In this document: positions 62,405-64,000 of the stretch, piece after piece | How positions within the stretch are numbered: position 1 is the first letter of the stretch | Layout: every line of letters begins with the position of its first letter | Source of the DNA: Squalus acanthias | Taxonomy: Eukaryota | Reading direction: 5' to 3' | Length of the DNA: 64,000 bases | NCBI GenBank assembly: GCA_030390025.1 | Contig: CM059432.1 | Location: 91,514,001 to 91,578,000, forward strand | The notes under the pieces: model-generated | Database searches by the model: none | What the model was told of the DNA's origin: nothing | What the model saw: the letters and a program-made list of their open reading frames with translations, nothing else | Made by a program: the position numbers and the translations under genes

Positions 62405-63049
62405 TTGGTTCTGTTTGCTCAGTAAATTAATAAATGTGGCGAGGAATAAGTGCTTAAAGCCAAAATCAGGTATTTTTAGGCCCTTCACTATTCTTGAATA
62501 TTTTTGCAAGCATTAGCAGCTGCTGCAACTGGTCCTTAAACATCATTTCATTTACGTGAAGCTAGCTATCTGTTGGATTAAACTGCAGCAAAGGGCTTTT
62601 CTATATCGAAGGCAGCTTTATGAAATAAAGTGAATCATGCGATAGTGCTGCTATTTTAGATGTCTGCTGGCACACTGGCAGAGACAGCTGCACGAGATTT
62701 GACGGAAGGTGATGAGATCTTAATAAACCAAAATAGAATAGGAGCTTGGGATTCTGGGAACTACTTGCCTGAAGACAAAAATATTTACAGTTGCCTAAGG
62801 CAACCTGCAGAATTTCTGAAAACAGATCTAGTAACAGTCAGCCACATTTGAAATCCTCTAGGTGGCTGTTCATGATTTTTCGTGGGGCAGCTGTGCTTAT
62901 GCTTGGAATGATAGCCTATTGTTTTTAATATATAATTAATCTGTATGGTTATGGAATAAACTTTTTCCCTTGCCAACTATTTGAAAATTTATTGAGATTC
63001 ACAAATTATTTCAATGAGCAGGTACATAGAAAATACTTCTTGAGACATA

Positions 63050-63792
63050 GGGGTGATTTTGTGAATGGGGGTGCGTTGGAGGCGGGACTGCTGCTTGTCG
63101 GGTTTAAGTCCCGCCTCCATCGACTTGTGGCCAATCCACGCTATTTTCCCTTGATTGACCTTGTTAAGCCCGCCCAGCGGGCTTAGCAGGCCAATTAAGG
63201 GGAAGCCGGTTACAAAGAACGCCAGCGTATGACGTTTCATCTGTCAAAACCTATTTTGTGAGCAGAAAGCAGATGGCTGTTGCATCGGAGAATGCAGCAG
63301 CCATTCTGTCATCTCTGCCACTGAGATGCCAGAGCCTCTGCATCCCCAACGATTGAAGCCTTCAGGAAGAAACAAAGGTAAGGAAACTTTTTCTATCACT
63401 TTTCACTCACCTCACATACTTACCTCTCCACACTTGCACCCATCACTCACCTCCACAGCGCACTTTTGGACCCCTCCGACCCCCGCAGACCCACTGCTCG
63501 CTTCGCTGACCCTGTCGGGGTTTCCCGACGTCGGGAAGCTTGCACCTCTAATGGAAAAATGGGGATAATCCTTTTAACTGCCTGTTAACTACCTGTTAAC
63601 AGGCAGTTAAGTGGCTGTAATCCCCTTCCCGCCTCCAGGAGACGGGACCTGGCGCGGGTCGGGTACCCGCCTCCTGGGAAGATGGCACAGAGGCGGGTTG
63701 GGGGCGGGATGGGCACCCGCCCCCAGATTCTGCCATTTTCCCGGCAGTTCCGCCTCCAAACCCGCCTCCCCAGGGCTGGCAAAATCGTCCCC
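63050..63792. mobile_element. Complete Harbinger MITE
   Basis: ATA|GGGGTGATTTTG ... CAAAATCGTCCCC|ATA. Confidence 0.9.
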
Positions 63793-63846
63793 ATAGTGAT
63801 CTGGATTTTCCTCCCTTTGGCAGGTTTGTGGCAACTCTAATAATGT

Positions 63847-64000
63847 GGGTACGGTAGCATAGTGGTTATGTTACTGGACTAGTAATCCAGGGATACGAGT
63901 TCAAATCCCATCACGGTATCTGTGGAATTAAAAAAATTCAGTTAATTAAATAAATAGTATGAAACCACCGGATTGTTGTAAAAACCCATCTGGTTCACTA
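63847..64000 (+). mobile_element. tRNA-headed SINE (or LINE 5' end) running off the window
   Basis: A box TAGCATAGTGG, B box GAGTTCAAATCCC; 63960-64000 matches the reverse complement of 23530-23575. Confidence 0.8.

Noticed and set aside
62660..62851. 63-aa ORF after TTTTAG as a host exon
   Set aside because: No recognisable protein motif, no convincing donor and no partner exons
63847..63915. tRNA gene
   Set aside because: A and B boxes are present but it runs into a SINE body with no clean cloverleaf; the same applies to the heads at 25500-25565, 34406 and 59988

Overview
Eukaryotic, almost entirely transposon-derived DNA. The SINE and LINE types (V-domain/HE1-like SINEs with CR1 tails, Deu-domain SacSINE1-like SINEs, esterase-ORF1 CR1 LINEs) point to a cartilaginous fish, probably a shark; this is inference. 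I found no convincing host-gene exon. The window holds: (i) several PIF/Harbinger elements with a HARBI1-type DDE transposase convergent with a three-exon Myb/SANT gene, plus Myb-only and MITE deletion derivatives; (ii) many CR1 LINE pieces, including one near full-length copy at 55302-60270; (iii) L2 remnants and a second CR1-group LINE family; (iv) three SINE types; (v) a Tigger-like MITE; (vi) a Penelope-type terminal repeat carrying a minimal hammerhead ribozyme motif. The most notable observations are an ORF1-less LINE whose 5' end matches the body of a tRNA-headed SINE that also shares its 3' tail, a CR1 5'UTR with a perfect antisense copy of its own ORF1 start region, modular CR1 5' ends (74-bp monomers versus a TATA module), and the hammerhead. 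All matching was done by eye, and boundaries of degenerate elements are approximate.
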